From an uncultured Candidatus Binatia bacterium (GTDB lineage Bacteria > Desulfobacterota > Binatia > UBA9968 > JAJDTQ01), in contig OZ244070.1 of assembly GCA_965215605.1 (NCBI GenBank), forward strand, positions 160,001-224,000: a stretch of 64,000 bases of DNA, written 5' to 3'. The position numbers and the translations under genes were made by a program. Below, piece by piece: positions 18,993 to 28,882 of this stretch (positions are counted from its first letter, which is position 1; the number at the start of each line of letters is the position of its first letter). Under the pieces are notes generated by a model, which worked only from the letters and a program-made list of their open reading frames with translations, was not told the DNA's origin and made no database searches.

Positions 18993-20186
18993 CTACTTCT
19001 TCTTCTGTAATTCCTTCCAGGGATCCTTCACCATTTCGAGCGTGGTGGTCTCGACGTTGGCGAGCGCGTCCCCGCGCTTCTCGACCTTGCGCAGGTACTG
19101 GTTCTGCACGATGTCCCGGGTCTCGGGATCGATCATGATGGGACCCCGCGGACTGTTGAACTTCCAGCCCTTCCACACGGCCAGGGCCTTGTCGGCGTCG
19201 ATCTTGCCGTTGAGGCGCCGCACCGCCTCGTGGATCGCCGCCATGCCGTCCCAGCCCTGGACGCCGAAGAAATCCGGCGAGCTGTCAGCGCCGTAGGCTT
19301 CCTTCCATGCCTTCACGAAGGCTTGGTTCTCCGGCCTGTCCCCGGCGGCGGAGTAGTGGTGCATGGTGATGACGCCCAGGGGGACCTGTCCCATGTTGGG
19401 CAGCTCGGTGTCCTGGGTGATGTCACCCGGCCCGATGAGCTCGATGCCGGCCGCCCGCATGCCGAGGTCGTCGTAGGTCTTCATGACGCCGGTGGCCCAC
19501 TTGCCGGCCGGTATGAAGACGTAGAGGGCATCGGGCTTGGCGTCCTTGACCGACTGCAGGAACGGCGTGAAGTCCGGGATCTTCGGGAACGGGAACGGTA
19601 TGTCCGCCACCACCTTGCCGCCCGCCGCGGTAAAGGCCGTGGTGAAAGCCGTCTTGCTGTCCTTGCCCGGCGAGTAGTTGGCGTAGGCCACCGCCACCGT
19701 GCGGATCTTCATCTTGTCGTAGGCGTGCTTGCCCAACGGGTAGGCCGCCTGCCACATGGTAAAGGATACCCGGGCGGTATAGGGAGATCGGGTCGTAATG
19801 GCCGATGTCCCGGCGTTCATGATGAGCAGCGGCACCTTGGCCTTGCGGGTGACGTCCGAGATGGCGAAAGCGTTGTTGGAATAAACCACTCCCGCCAGAA
19901 TATCGATCTTGTCGCGGGTTATCAGCTCGGTGGCCAGCCGCTTGGCGACGTCGGGCTTGGGGCCCGTGCTGTCCCGCTTGATGATCTCGATCTTGTGTCC
20001 TCCCGTGCCCTTGGCGTTCAGCTTTTGGTACAGCTCGAAGCCACGGTCCACCTGCTGCCCCAGTTGGGCGTTGGGGCCCGAGTAGGGAAGAATAATGCCC
20101 ACCTTGACGGTCTCCGCCCATGCGGTTCCGGTCACCGCCAATACCAGCAAAGACGCGGCCAGAAGCCTGTGAACTTTCATGGTCAT
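18993..20186 (-). CDS. HAAT-family substrate-binding protein (aromatic-acid-binding type)
   Basis: Signal peptide; VKVGIILPYSG, RVSFT and SPRGPI.IDPETRDIVQN motifs. Confidence 0.88.
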   Translation of the reverse strand: MTMKVHRLLAASLLVLAVTGTAWAETVKVGIILPYSGPNAQLGQQVDRGFELYQKLNAKGTGGHKIEIIKRDSTGPKPDVAKRLATELITRDKIDILAGVVYSNNAFAISDVTRKAKVPLLIMNAGTSAITTRSPYTARVSFTMWQAAYPLGKHAYDKMKIRTVAVAYANYSPGKDSKTAFTTAFTAAGGKVVADIPFPFPKIPDFTPFLQSVKDAKPDALYVFIPAGKWATGVMKTYDDLGMRAAGIELIGPGDITQDTELPNMGQVPLGVITMHHYSAAGDRPENQAFVKAWKEAYGADSSPDFFGVQGWDGMAAIHEAVRRLNGKIDADKALAVWKGWKFNSPRGPIMIDPETRDIVQNQYLRKVEKRGDALANVETTTLEMVKDPWKELQKKK

Positions 20187-20291
20187 ACCTCCTCCGAGTT
20201 TGGCGCCCCGCGGCGCAGGTGGGGGATCTTAACACTCCTGTCGTTGACACGGCAACGGCTGCCGGCCTTTCCCGGCCGGCGACGTCGGCGG

Positions 20292-21905
20292 CTACGGATA
20301 GGCCCGGTAAGGTCGCGCGTTTCCCGTCTTGGCCGCCGCCAGACGGGCACGAAGCACCCTCACGGCGACGTCGAGCTTGTCGGTCCCGCGATACCATATG
20401 CCACTGGCCAGCACGGCCTTGCCCCCACCCGCCAGGCGCGTCGGCGAAAGCCTGCGGGGGAGCGTCCTCCCCTGAGTCCGAGCCTCCACGTGGACGGCGA
20501 CGTCGACGAGCGGATAAGACGTCTTGTTGGCGAGTTCCACCAGGACCTGTCCGCTCTGGAGGAACGCCTGCGCCGTCACGTATCGCTCCGGGGCGTCCTC
20601 CACGTCCAGCATGACGAAGCTCTTGCGGGCGGCCTCGCCGGTCTCCCCGCGCACGTTGGCGGCGTTGCCGAACAGGCTCTTGGCGCCCGCGCGGTCACCC
20701 TCGGCAAGGACCACGTGGCCCAGGGCGTGACTGGCCAGTGCGGTGGGCAGGAGTTGCATGCTGCGTTCGAGATCGCGCCGCGCCTGGGCGCGGCGCCCCA
20801 AGGCATCGTAGGCGAGGCCGCGCCCGAGGAAATGCTCGTAGTATTGCGCGTCCCGCTCGATGGCGGCGTTGTAGGCTTCCACGGCCTTGGCGAATTGAGA
20901 CCGCCGGGCCTGGATCTGTCCCTTGAGCCCATGAAACAGCGCTTCGCGCGGTTCCTTCGCGATGGCCTTGCCGACCATGGCAAGGGCGCTGTCCGGGGCC
21001 TTGTCCATCTCTTTGCGGGCACGGTCCGCCGCGGCATAGGCAGGCCGCTTCGCGCGCAGGCCCGCGAGCGCGGCGGCGTACCGTTCACGTCCCACCTCGC
21101 CGCCCGCGGGAAACCTGGCAAGGGCCGCGCGATTGTTCTTCACCCGTTCCGCCGACGGCGGATGGGTGGCGAAGAGCCCCTTGAGCCAGTTTTCCTTCCG
21201 GCCCTTGCTCAGGGCCAGGAACTTCTCCTGGAGTGTCACCGCCGCGCCCGTATCGTAGCCCGCGGCCTTCATGTACCGCATTCCGTGGCTGTCCGCCTCG
21301 CGTTCCGCGTCCCGGCCGTGTTTCCGGCTGATGAGTTGCATCCCGGCGCCGCTGGCCCCCAGAATGTAGTTCGTGTACCTCGAGTACCGCGAGGTCCCGG
21401 CGGCAAGCGCTACCCCCGCCTGCGCCACCTGGAGGATCAGGTTTTGGGTCATGGCCTGGGCGCCGTGTCTCGCGGCCGCGTGCACGACCTCGTGGGCGAG
21501 CACCGCGGCCAGTTCCGCTTCGTTCTCCAGCTCCAGGAGCAGGCCGCGGTTGATGGCGATCTTGCCGCCCGGAAGCGCCCACGCGTTGGGCGTACCGTCG
21601 TTCAGCACGACGAACTCATACGGCAGCTTGCGGTCACTGACGCCCGCGACCCTGCGGCCGACCCGGGCGACGTACTCGTTGAGGTCCGGGTCCGCCCTAT
21701 ACCGCCCCCCCTGCGCCTGTTGGGTCGGGCGATAGTGCTTCGCGCCGGTTTCGATCTCTTGCTCGGTCGAAAACGGGACGAACTCCCTCTCCCGGGTGAC
21801 GGGATTCCTGGAGCAACCGGCGACCGCGACCGCCATCAGCAAGAGGACGATCATCGGCCACAGTCTTGAACGTACGGCGCCTGCCACGTTTGCCTCCTTC
21901 AGCAC
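20292..21905 (-). CDS. M48 metallopeptidase with TPR repeats (BepA-like lipoprotein)
   Basis: Lipobox VAGC, PNAWALPGG, HEVVH, EREAD, THP and C-terminal TPR-like helices; start uncertain. Confidence 0.88.
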   Translation of the reverse strand: MLKEANVAGAVRSRLWPMIVLLLMAVAVAGCSRNPVTREREFVPFSTEQEIETGAKHYRPTQQAQGGRYRADPDLNEYVARVGRRVAGVSDRKLPYEFVVLNDGTPNAWALPGGKIAINRGLLLELENEAELAAVLAHEVVHAAARHGAQAMTQNLILQVAQAGVALAAGTSRYSRYTNYILGASGAGMQLISRKHGRDAEREADSHGMRYMKAAGYDTGAAVTLQEKFLALSKGRKENWLKGLFATHPPSAERVKNNRAALARFPAGGEVGRERYAAALAGLRAKRPAYAAADRARKEMDKAPDSALAMVGKAIAKEPREALFHGLKGQIQARRSQFAKAVEAYNAAIERDAQYYEHFLGRGLAYDALGRRAQARRDLERSMQLLPTALASHALGHVVLAEGDRAGAKSLFGNAANVRGETGEAARKSFVMLDVEDAPERYVTAQAFLQSGQVLVELANKTSYPLVDVAVHVEARTQGRTLPRRLSPTRLAGGGKAVLASGIWYRGTDKLDVAVRVLRARLAAAKTGNARPYRAYP

Positions 21906-22113
21906 GGTTCCCCGATCACGACAAGAGGTTAACGGACCAGGGTTTCCGGCACAACATGTTGCCCGACCGGATGAAACTCGAAGCCGCCCTCGGAGAAACC
22001 GGCGGTGGACGGGAGCGGTGAAGCCCGCGGGCCGTGGAATTGTCTTTCTGGCCGCAACGGCTATACCTTAGGCGTGCGAACCGTTCCGACCACGGGCTAC
22101 AGGAGACCACCGC

Positions 22114-22797
22114 ATGGACAACCAACCCCTTTCCGCCGACGAGTTCGTCGAACAGCTCAAGAAGGAGATCGCGGTCTTTCACAAGCTGCGCATCAACCAC
22201 CCGTTCGTGAAGGCCATATCCGAGGGCGCCGCCGCCATGGACCACATCCGCACCTGGGCGGTACAGGATTACCAGTTCCGCGTCGCGGTGCCGCGTATCG
22301 CCCTGCTCCGTTACGTAGCGTGCAGCGATCCCGAGTTCGCCCCCAAGCTGTTCGAGGTGGCGGAGGAGGAAACCCGGGGCCTGTTGCCGGGGAGCTCCGG
22401 CCATCCGGACATGTTCGTGGAGTTCGCCGAGGCCATCGGCCTCACGCGCGCGGACCTGGAGAACCCCACGCTGTTGCCGGCCACGGCCGCGCATCTGTAC
22501 TTCGCCGAGTTGGTGATCCACACGCACCCGTGGTTCGTGGTGATGGCGGCGCAGATGGGCGCCGAGGGGACCTTCGGACCGGCCGCGGCGGCGCTGGGAC
22601 AGGGCTTCATCAAGAGCTACGGCATGACCCCCGAATCGGTACGGTTCTTCACCGTCCACGTGGAGGCCGACGAGGAGCACGGCACCCTGGCGGAGGACAT
22701 CGCGCGCCGTTACCTCAACTCGGCCAACCTGCAGCAACAGACGCGCGAGGTCATGTTCCGGCGCATGGAACTGCTGTACGACATCTGGACGATCTAG
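22114..22797 (+). CDS. Heme-oxygenase-like diiron enzyme (TenA/PqqC/CADD superfamily)
   Basis: HPF, EEE..G....GH, AEG and FFTVHVEADEEH ligand pattern. Confidence 0.82.
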   Translation: MDNQPLSADEFVEQLKKEIAVFHKLRINHPFVKAISEGAAAMDHIRTWAVQDYQFRVAVPRIALLRYVACSDPEFAPKLFEVAEEETRGLLPGSSGHPDMFVEFAEAIGLTRADLENPTLLPATAAHLYFAELVIHTHPWFVVMAAQMGAEGTFGPAAAALGQGFIKSYGMTPESVRFFTVHVEADEEHGTLAEDIARRYLNSANLQQQTREVMFRRMELLYDIWTI

Positions 22798-22830
22798 TGT
22801 TGTGCCCCGAGGGCTAACCGGAATGCGGTC

Positions 22831-25200
22831 ATGAAGGATCAGGGCGCCACACGTCACATGGGGCGCAGCATCCCCATGCAGGAGGCGGGACCGCTGCTGC
22901 GCGGACAGGGGGCCTACGTCAGCGACCTGCGCTTCCCGGGGATGCTCCACGCCGCGGTGCTGCGCAGCCCCCACGCCCACGCGAAGATCCGGAGCCTTGA
23001 CGCGAGCGCGGCGCTGGCGATGCCGGGGGTGGTGCGGGTCCTCACGGGGGAGGACATCCGGGAGGCCATCGAACCCTTTCCTTCGAGCTTCGAGTTCCAT
23101 CCGCGGCCCTGGCTCGACGCGATCCAGCCCGTGCTCAAGGGACCGCGGGCCCGGGTGCTGGCCCTCGGCAAGGTGCGTTACGTGGGCGAGCCCGTGGCCA
23201 TGGTGGTGGCTGAAGACCGCTACCGCGCCGAGGACGCGCTGGACGGCATCGCCGTGGATTACGGGGAGCTTCCGCCCGTGGTGGACCCGGAAGCCGCGCT
23301 GGAGGCCGATGCGGTGCGGGTCCACGAGGATGCGGACGACAACGTGGTGTTCCACTTCAGTATCGCCAAGGGGGACGTGGAGCAGGCCTTGAAAGACGCG
23401 CCCCACCGCATCGAGGAGCGGCTGCACCACCGCCGCCACGGCGGCATCCCCATGGAGGGGAGAGGCGTCCTGGCCATGGCCGAGGTCAAGCCACGGCGGC
23501 TGACGGTGTGGTCCTCCACCCAGGTGCCCCACAGCGTGCGGCGGCAGATCGCCGCCCAGCTCGGCCTTGCCGAGGAGACCATCCGGGTGGTGGCGCCCCA
23601 CGTGGGCGGCGGTTTCGGCCCCAAGGTGCTGGTCTATCCCGAGGAAGTGCTGGTGCCCTACCTCGCCCTGGAGCTGGGCCGGCCGGTGCAGTGGATCGAA
23701 GACCGCAGGGAACACTTCATCAGCACCGCCCATGCCCGGGACCAGATCCACTACGTGGAGCTGGCGTTCGACGACGACGGCAGGATCGTGGCGCTCAAGG
23801 ACCGCTTCCTGCTGGACAACGGCGCCTACAACCCCATGGGCCTCACCGACGCCTACAATACCTCCGCGCACCTGCAAGGGCCGTACCGGATACCCAACCT
23901 CGCCGTCACCGGCACCTGCGTGGCCACCAACAAGGTGCCCAACGCCCCCTACCGGGGCGCCGGCCGGCCAGAGGCGGTCTTCGTCATGGAGCGCTGCATC
24001 GACCGCATCGCCGGGGAGCTGGGGCTCGATCCCGCCGAGGTCCGCTTCCGCAATCTCGTGCAGCCGGAGGAGATCCCCTACGACGCCGGCATCCTCTACC
24101 GGGACGGCGCGCCCGTGCGCTACGACAACGGGGACTTCCCCGCCACCCTCGTCAAGGCCATGGACGCCTGCGGTTACCACGACGTGCGCGCGCGGCAGCA
24201 GCAGGCCCGGCCGGACGGCCGCTACCTCGGCGTGGGCATCGGCTTCTACACCGAGGGCACGGGCGTAGGTTCCTTCGAAGGAGCCCGGGTGGAAGTGGAC
24301 TCATCGGGCAAGCTGCTCGTGTCGGTGGGCGCCAGCGGCCACGGACAGGGACACGAGACCGTGTTCTCGCAGCTCACCGCGGACCTCTGGGGCGTGACGC
24401 CGGAAGACGTCACCGTGGTGGGAGGGGACACCGACGCCATCCGCTACGGCGTCGGCACCTTCGCCAGCCGCAGCACGGTCAATGCCGGCACCGCCATCCA
24501 CCAGGCCACCCAACGCCTCAAGGCCAAGGTGTTCGAGCTGGCCGGCCACCTGCTGGAAGCCAACCCCGACGACCTGACCACGCGTGACGGCCGGGTCTTC
24601 GTGGAGGAGCGCCCGGATCACGGCGTTTCCCTGGCGGAGCTTGCCGGCGCCGCGGTGCCGGGCTGGGCCTCGAAGCTGCCCGAGGGCATGGAGCCCAACC
24701 TGGAGGCTACCTACTACTACGTGCCGCAGACGGTGACCTGGGCCCACGCCGCCCACGTGGCGGTGGTGGAGGTGGACGCGGAGACCGGGGAAGTGGAACT
24801 CCTGGACTACGCCGTGGCCCACGACTCGGGACCCGCCATCAACCCGTTGTTCGTCGAAGGACAGGTGCGGGGCGGCGTCGCCCAGGGGATCGGCGGCGCG
24901 CTCTATGAGGAGTTCGTCTACGACGAGCTGGGACAGCTCCTCACCGGCACCTTCCTCGACTACCTGCTGCCCAGTTGCGGCGAGGTGCCGGCGATAAAGC
25001 AGGTCCATCTCGAAACCCCCTCCCCCCTCAACCCGCTGGGCCTCAAGGGCATCGGCGAGGGCGGCGCCATCGCCCCGCCGGTGGCGGTGGCCAACGCCGT
25101 GGTGGACGCATTGCGGCCCCTGGGCCGAATTGAGATTTCCGAGACCCCGGTCACGCCCGAACGCGTGCTGGCGTTGTTGCGGCAACACCGGACAGTCTGA
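22831..25200 (+). CDS. Xanthine dehydrogenase/CoxL-family molybdopterin-binding large subunit
   Basis: LRSPHAHA, GGGFGPK, PYRGAGR, HGQGHET, GTFASRS, GQVRGG.AQG and KGIGE motifs. Confidence 0.93.
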   Translation: MKDQGATRHMGRSIPMQEAGPLLRGQGAYVSDLRFPGMLHAAVLRSPHAHAKIRSLDASAALAMPGVVRVLTGEDIREAIEPFPSSFEFHPRPWLDAIQPVLKGPRARVLALGKVRYVGEPVAMVVAEDRYRAEDALDGIAVDYGELPPVVDPEAALEADAVRVHEDADDNVVFHFSIAKGDVEQALKDAPHRIEERLHHRRHGGIPMEGRGVLAMAEVKPRRLTVWSSTQVPHSVRRQIAAQLGLAEETIRVVAPHVGGGFGPKVLVYPEEVLVPYLALELGRPVQWIEDRREHFISTAHARDQIHYVELAFDDDGRIVALKDRFLLDNGAYNPMGLTDAYNTSAHLQGPYRIPNLAVTGTCVATNKVPNAPYRGAGRPEAVFVMERCIDRIAGELGLDPAEVRFRNLVQPEEIPYDAGILYRDGAPVRYDNGDFPATLVKAMDACGYHDVRARQQQARPDGRYLGVGIGFYTEGTGVGSFEGARVEVDSSGKLLVSVGASGHGQGHETVFSQLTADLWGVTPEDVTVVGGDTDAIRYGVGTFASRSTVNAGTAIHQATQRLKAKVFELAGHLLEANPDDLTTRDGRVFVEERPDHGVSLAELAGAAVPGWASKLPEGMEPNLEATYYYVPQTVTWAHAAHVAVVEVDAETGEVELLDYAVAHDSGPAINPLFVEGQVRGGVAQGIGGALYEEFVYDELGQLLTGTFLDYLLPSCGEVPAIKQVHLETPSPLNPLGLKGIGEGGAIAPPVAVANAVVDALRPLGRIEISETPVTPERVLALLRQHRTV

Positions 25201-25281
25201 CAGGAAACGATGCGGGGGCCTGAGGAGTAGAAGGTATCGCGGTTGCGGCAAGGGTACCTCCGTGTTAAGCCACCCGTCACC

Positions 25282-26688
25282 ATGACAGCATCAACGAACG
25301 GTATGGGAGAGACCCTCGGGGAGGCCATCGCCTTTCTTGAGGCCCACTATCCGGACGAGGTCATCCGGGTCACCCGTGAAGTCGACCCGGTCTTCGAGGT
25401 GACCGGGATTCTAGCCAAGCTGGAGCGCCAGCAGCAGTTCCCGTGCGTGATCTTCGAGAACGTCAAGGGCTCGTCCATTCCGCTGGTCACCAACATGCAC
25501 GCCAGCTTTCCGCGGTTGGCCATGGCCATCGGGCTGCCCTACGACGCCACCCCCGCGGACTTCATCCACGAATACGGCAAACGCGAGGCGAACCCGCTGC
25601 CGCCGGTGGAGGTGGAGAGCGGGCCGTGCCAGGAGGTGGTGCTCACCGGCGACGACGTGGACGTCACCATGTTTCCGATCCTGCAGTACCACGAGCTCGA
25701 CGCCGGCCGTTACATCACCCTGGCCTTCGACGTCATGAAGGAGCCGGACACCGGCATCCGCAACGCCGGCATCTACCGGCTGCAACTCAAGGGCCGGAAC
25801 CGCTTCGGGATCCAGATCTCGGAGACCGCCCACGGCCACTACATCCTCAAGAAGAACAAGTCCCGGGGCCTGCCCACCCAGATGGCCGCGGTCATCGGCG
25901 GCCATCCGGCCATGAACATCGGCAACCTGAGCTTCACCTCCATCGACACCGACGAGTTCAGCATCGCCGGCTCCATGCTCGGCAAGCCGGTGGAGCTGGT
26001 GAAGTGCAAGACCATCGACGTGGAGGTGCCGGCCACGGCCGAGATCGTGCTGGAGTGCGAGATCCATGCCACCGAGATGGAAGAGGAGGCCCCCTTCGGC
26101 GAGTATCCCGGGACCTACGGCCCCCAGCGCGTGAACCCGGTGGTGTACGTCAAGGCCATCACCATGAAGAAGAACGCGCTCTACCAGAGCTCGTTCGTGG
26201 GGCACGCCGACAACCTGCTGCTGTCGGGGGTGACGCGGAACAGCTACATCTACCACACCTGCCGCATCGCCAGCGCCGGCGTGAAGGCGGTGTACGTGCC
26301 GCCCTCCGGCCGCTCCCGCTACATCTGCTACATCCAGATGGACTCCATGATCGACGGCGACGCCAAGAACGCCGCCATGGCCGCCTTCGCTGCGGACCCG
26401 TTCCTGAAGTTCGTCGTCTGCGTGGACGAGGACGTGGACATCAGCAACGACAGCGACGTCATGCACGCCATCGCCACCCGGGTGCGGGCGGACCGTGACG
26501 TGTTCATGGTCACCTACTCCAGGGGCTCCCCGCTGGATCCGGCGTCCTACGACCCGGCCGGCGGCTCGCACCTGGTCACCAAGGTGGGCGTGGACGCCAC
26601 CCGCAAGTCCGACTACCCGCTGGAGATCAAGGTCCCGGGCACGGATGCCATCGACCTGACGAAGTACTTCGGCGACCGCTTCAGGTAA
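25282..26688 (+). CDS. UbiD family prFMN-dependent (de)carboxylase
   Basis: NAGIYR, EAPFGEYPG, VDEDVD, LDP and KVGVDAT motifs. Confidence 0.92.
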   Translation: MTASTNGMGETLGEAIAFLEAHYPDEVIRVTREVDPVFEVTGILAKLERQQQFPCVIFENVKGSSIPLVTNMHASFPRLAMAIGLPYDATPADFIHEYGKREANPLPPVEVESGPCQEVVLTGDDVDVTMFPILQYHELDAGRYITLAFDVMKEPDTGIRNAGIYRLQLKGRNRFGIQISETAHGHYILKKNKSRGLPTQMAAVIGGHPAMNIGNLSFTSIDTDEFSIAGSMLGKPVELVKCKTIDVEVPATAEIVLECEIHATEMEEEAPFGEYPGTYGPQRVNPVVYVKAITMKKNALYQSSFVGHADNLLLSGVTRNSYIYHTCRIASAGVKAVYVPPSGRSRYICYIQMDSMIDGDAKNAAMAAFAADPFLKFVVCVDEDVDISNDSDVMHAIATRVRADRDVFMVTYSRGSPLDPASYDPAGGSHLVTKVGVDATRKSDYPLEIKVPGTDAIDLTKYFGDRFR

Positions 26689-26743
26689 ACCGGGCGCCGG
26701 GGCAAGAAAGCCGCGTTCCCCCCGGATGTTGCAAGCGCCGTGA

Positions 26744-26891
26744 GAGCAGGGAGGGCGGTGTCCCGGAAATCTGTTGACGGCGGGCGGACGTGATTCGTGA
26801 TCTCGATCAAGCACCCGTTTCCGCGCGACTCACAACAGCCGAGTCCCGGCGGTACCGTCTCCTGATTTCCGGGACACCGCCCTCCCTGCTC
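26744..26891. mobile_element. MITE-like element with perfect 28-bp terminal inverted repeats
   Basis: GAGCAGGGAGGGCGGTGTCCCGGAAATC (26744-26771) and its exact reverse complement (26864-26891) around a 92-bp core. Confidence 0.7.
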
Positions 26892-26919
26892 GCTCGGCAA
26901 CTTTGACGCGCCTCCTCTC

Positions 26920-27708
26920 ATGCTGATCGACGCCCACGCCCATCTCGACCACTACGACGAGCCGCGCGAGGTGCTCGGCCACATCGAGCGCCAGCGCATC
27001 CTGACCTTGGCCAACTCCATGGACCCCTCCTCCTACGAGCGCAACCTGGAGCTGGCGCAAGGGTGCCGGTTCGTGCACCCCTCCTTCGGAGTCCACCCGC
27101 GGCGAGCGCCGGAACACGTCGACCATCTCGTGGAGTTGGGTCCCCTGGCAGCACGAAGCCCCATGCTCGGCGAGCTGGGGCTCGACTTCCACTGGGTGAA
27201 GGACCGGGACACGTACCCCCACCAGATCCGCGTGTTTGAATTCCTGGTAAACGAGGCCGCGGAACAGGACAAGGTCGTCAACCTGCATACCAAAGGCGCT
27301 GAAAGGCGGGTCCTCGATACGTTGCGGCGCTTCGGGGTGAAGAAGGCCATCGTCCACTGGTACTCCGGGCCGCTGGACGTGCTCCAGGAGATGATCACCG
27401 AGGGATACCTCTTCACCGTCGGGGTGGAGGTCCTGTATTCGGAGACGATACAGACCATCGCGCGCGCCGTACCTCCGCGTCAACTGCTGTCCGAGACCGA
27501 CAATCCCGGCGGCCACCGCTGGCTTGCCGGGGAAGCCGCCCCGCCGGACATCATCGCCGACGTGGTGGCGGCGATGGCGCGGCTCAAGGGACTGACGCCC
27601 GAGAAGATGGAAGCGTTGATCCAGGCCAACTTCCTGCGTCTGCTGGGAGAAGACCCCCGCCTGGCAGGCATCCGGGCGCTCCTGGAAAAAGAAACCGGAA
27701 CGGGATAA
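26920..27708 (+). CDS. tatD: TatD family nuclease
   Basis: DAHAH, GVHP, GELGLD, LH, HWYSG and ETD motifs. Confidence 0.9.
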   Translation: MLIDAHAHLDHYDEPREVLGHIERQRILTLANSMDPSSYERNLELAQGCRFVHPSFGVHPRRAPEHVDHLVELGPLAARSPMLGELGLDFHWVKDRDTYPHQIRVFEFLVNEAAEQDKVVNLHTKGAERRVLDTLRRFGVKKAIVHWYSGPLDVLQEMITEGYLFTVGVEVLYSETIQTIARAVPPRQLLSETDNPGGHRWLAGEAAPPDIIADVVAAMARLKGLTPEKMEALIQANFLRLLGEDPRLAGIRALLEKETGTG

Positions 27709-27770
27709 CAACGGACAGGGCACGAAGCGCCGTGGAGCGTAAGCCACGAACCAGCCCACAAGGAGGAACC

Positions 27771-28868
27771 ATGCTGTTTCTGACCAATGAACACATCCAG
27801 GAAGTCCTGGACATGAAGACCTGCCTCGACGCCATGGAGGACGCCTACCGCGACCTCTCCAAGAACGAGGCGGCGTACCGTCCGCGGATCGACTTCTACG
27901 TGCCCCGGGAGCCCCACTACTACCGCTGGGGCACCATGGAGGGGGCGAGCCGGTCGCTGGGCTACATGGCCATCCGCATGAAGTCGGACATGCTGGTATG
28001 GGAGAAGAACGGCGAGTTCGAGACCGAGGACAAGTACTGCATGGAGCCCGGCACCTACTGCGGCCTGATCTTCCTCCTGAGCGTGCGCAACGGCGAGCCG
28101 CTGGCGCTCATGAACGACGGCTACCTGCAGCACATGCGGGTGGGCGCCTGCGCCGGCCTCGGGGTGAAGTACCTCTCGCGCCAGAACTCCAAGGTGCTGG
28201 GCATGCTGGGCTCGGGCGGCATGGCACGGACCTACACCCAAGCCATCCACGAGGTCCGGGACATCGAGCTGCTGCGGGTGTTCAGTCCCACCAAGGCCAA
28301 CCGGGAAGCCTTCGCCGCGGAGATGCGGGAGCAGCTTGGGCTCACCGTCGAAACCTGCGGCGATGCCGAGACCGCGTGCCGCGGCGCCGACATCGTGGCG
28401 CTGGCCACCGACTCCCTGGTGCAGGTGATGAAACCGGAATGGGTGGAGCCCGGCATGCACATCACCAACGTCCGCTCCAACGAGGCCGGACCCGAGATCC
28501 TGGCCAAGTGTGACCTGCAGGCGCGCCTGGGGGCCTCCACCCTGGTGCTCGACAACCCTCCGCCGGGGACCGTCCACGGCAGCGACGGCATGTTCGCCTA
28601 CATCGCGGGCACGGACGAGGAAAAGACGAAGATCCCGCCCTCGCCCATCCGCGAGATCGACAACGCCAACATCGGCACCATCCCCGACTTGATGGCCGGC
28701 ACCTGGCCCGGACGCACCAGCGACCAGCAGGTGACGTTCCTCAACAACCAGGGCACCCAGGGCCTTCAGTTCGCCGCGGTGGGCGGCACCGCATTCGAGT
28801 TGGCCAAGGCCAAGGGCCTGGGGCACCCGCTGCCGCGGGAGTGGTTCCTGCAGGACATCCGGGACTAG
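27771..28868 (+). CDS. Ornithine cyclodeaminase/mu-crystallin family protein
   Basis: AGGAGG RBS; GEPLALM.D..LQHMRVGA, LGSGGMA and G.QFAA motifs. Confidence 0.88.
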   Translation: MLFLTNEHIQEVLDMKTCLDAMEDAYRDLSKNEAAYRPRIDFYVPREPHYYRWGTMEGASRSLGYMAIRMKSDMLVWEKNGEFETEDKYCMEPGTYCGLIFLLSVRNGEPLALMNDGYLQHMRVGACAGLGVKYLSRQNSKVLGMLGSGGMARTYTQAIHEVRDIELLRVFSPTKANREAFAAEMREQLGLTVETCGDAETACRGADIVALATDSLVQVMKPEWVEPGMHITNVRSNEAGPEILAKCDLQARLGASTLVLDNPPPGTVHGSDGMFAYIAGTDEEKTKIPPSPIREIDNANIGTIPDLMAGTWPGRTSDQQVTFLNNQGTQGLQFAAVGGTAFELAKAKGLGHPLPREWFLQDIRD

Positions 28869-28882
28869 CGCCCCCTCGGTGG

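Noticed and set aside
19230-21869. 879-aa plus-strand ORF and similar long antisense/off-frame ORFs (e.g. 5731-7935, 10980-13151, 21916-24180)
   Set aside because: They overlap well-supported genes and have no motifs; expected stop-codon scarcity in high-GC DNA
22831-25200. True aerobic CO dehydrogenase
   Set aside because: Active-site loop is PYRGAGR, not AYxCSFR; no coxM/coxS adjacent
26700-26900. 6S RNA
   Set aside because: The stem is a perfect 28 bp without the typical bulges and central bubble; MITE favoured, though no Rfam scan was run
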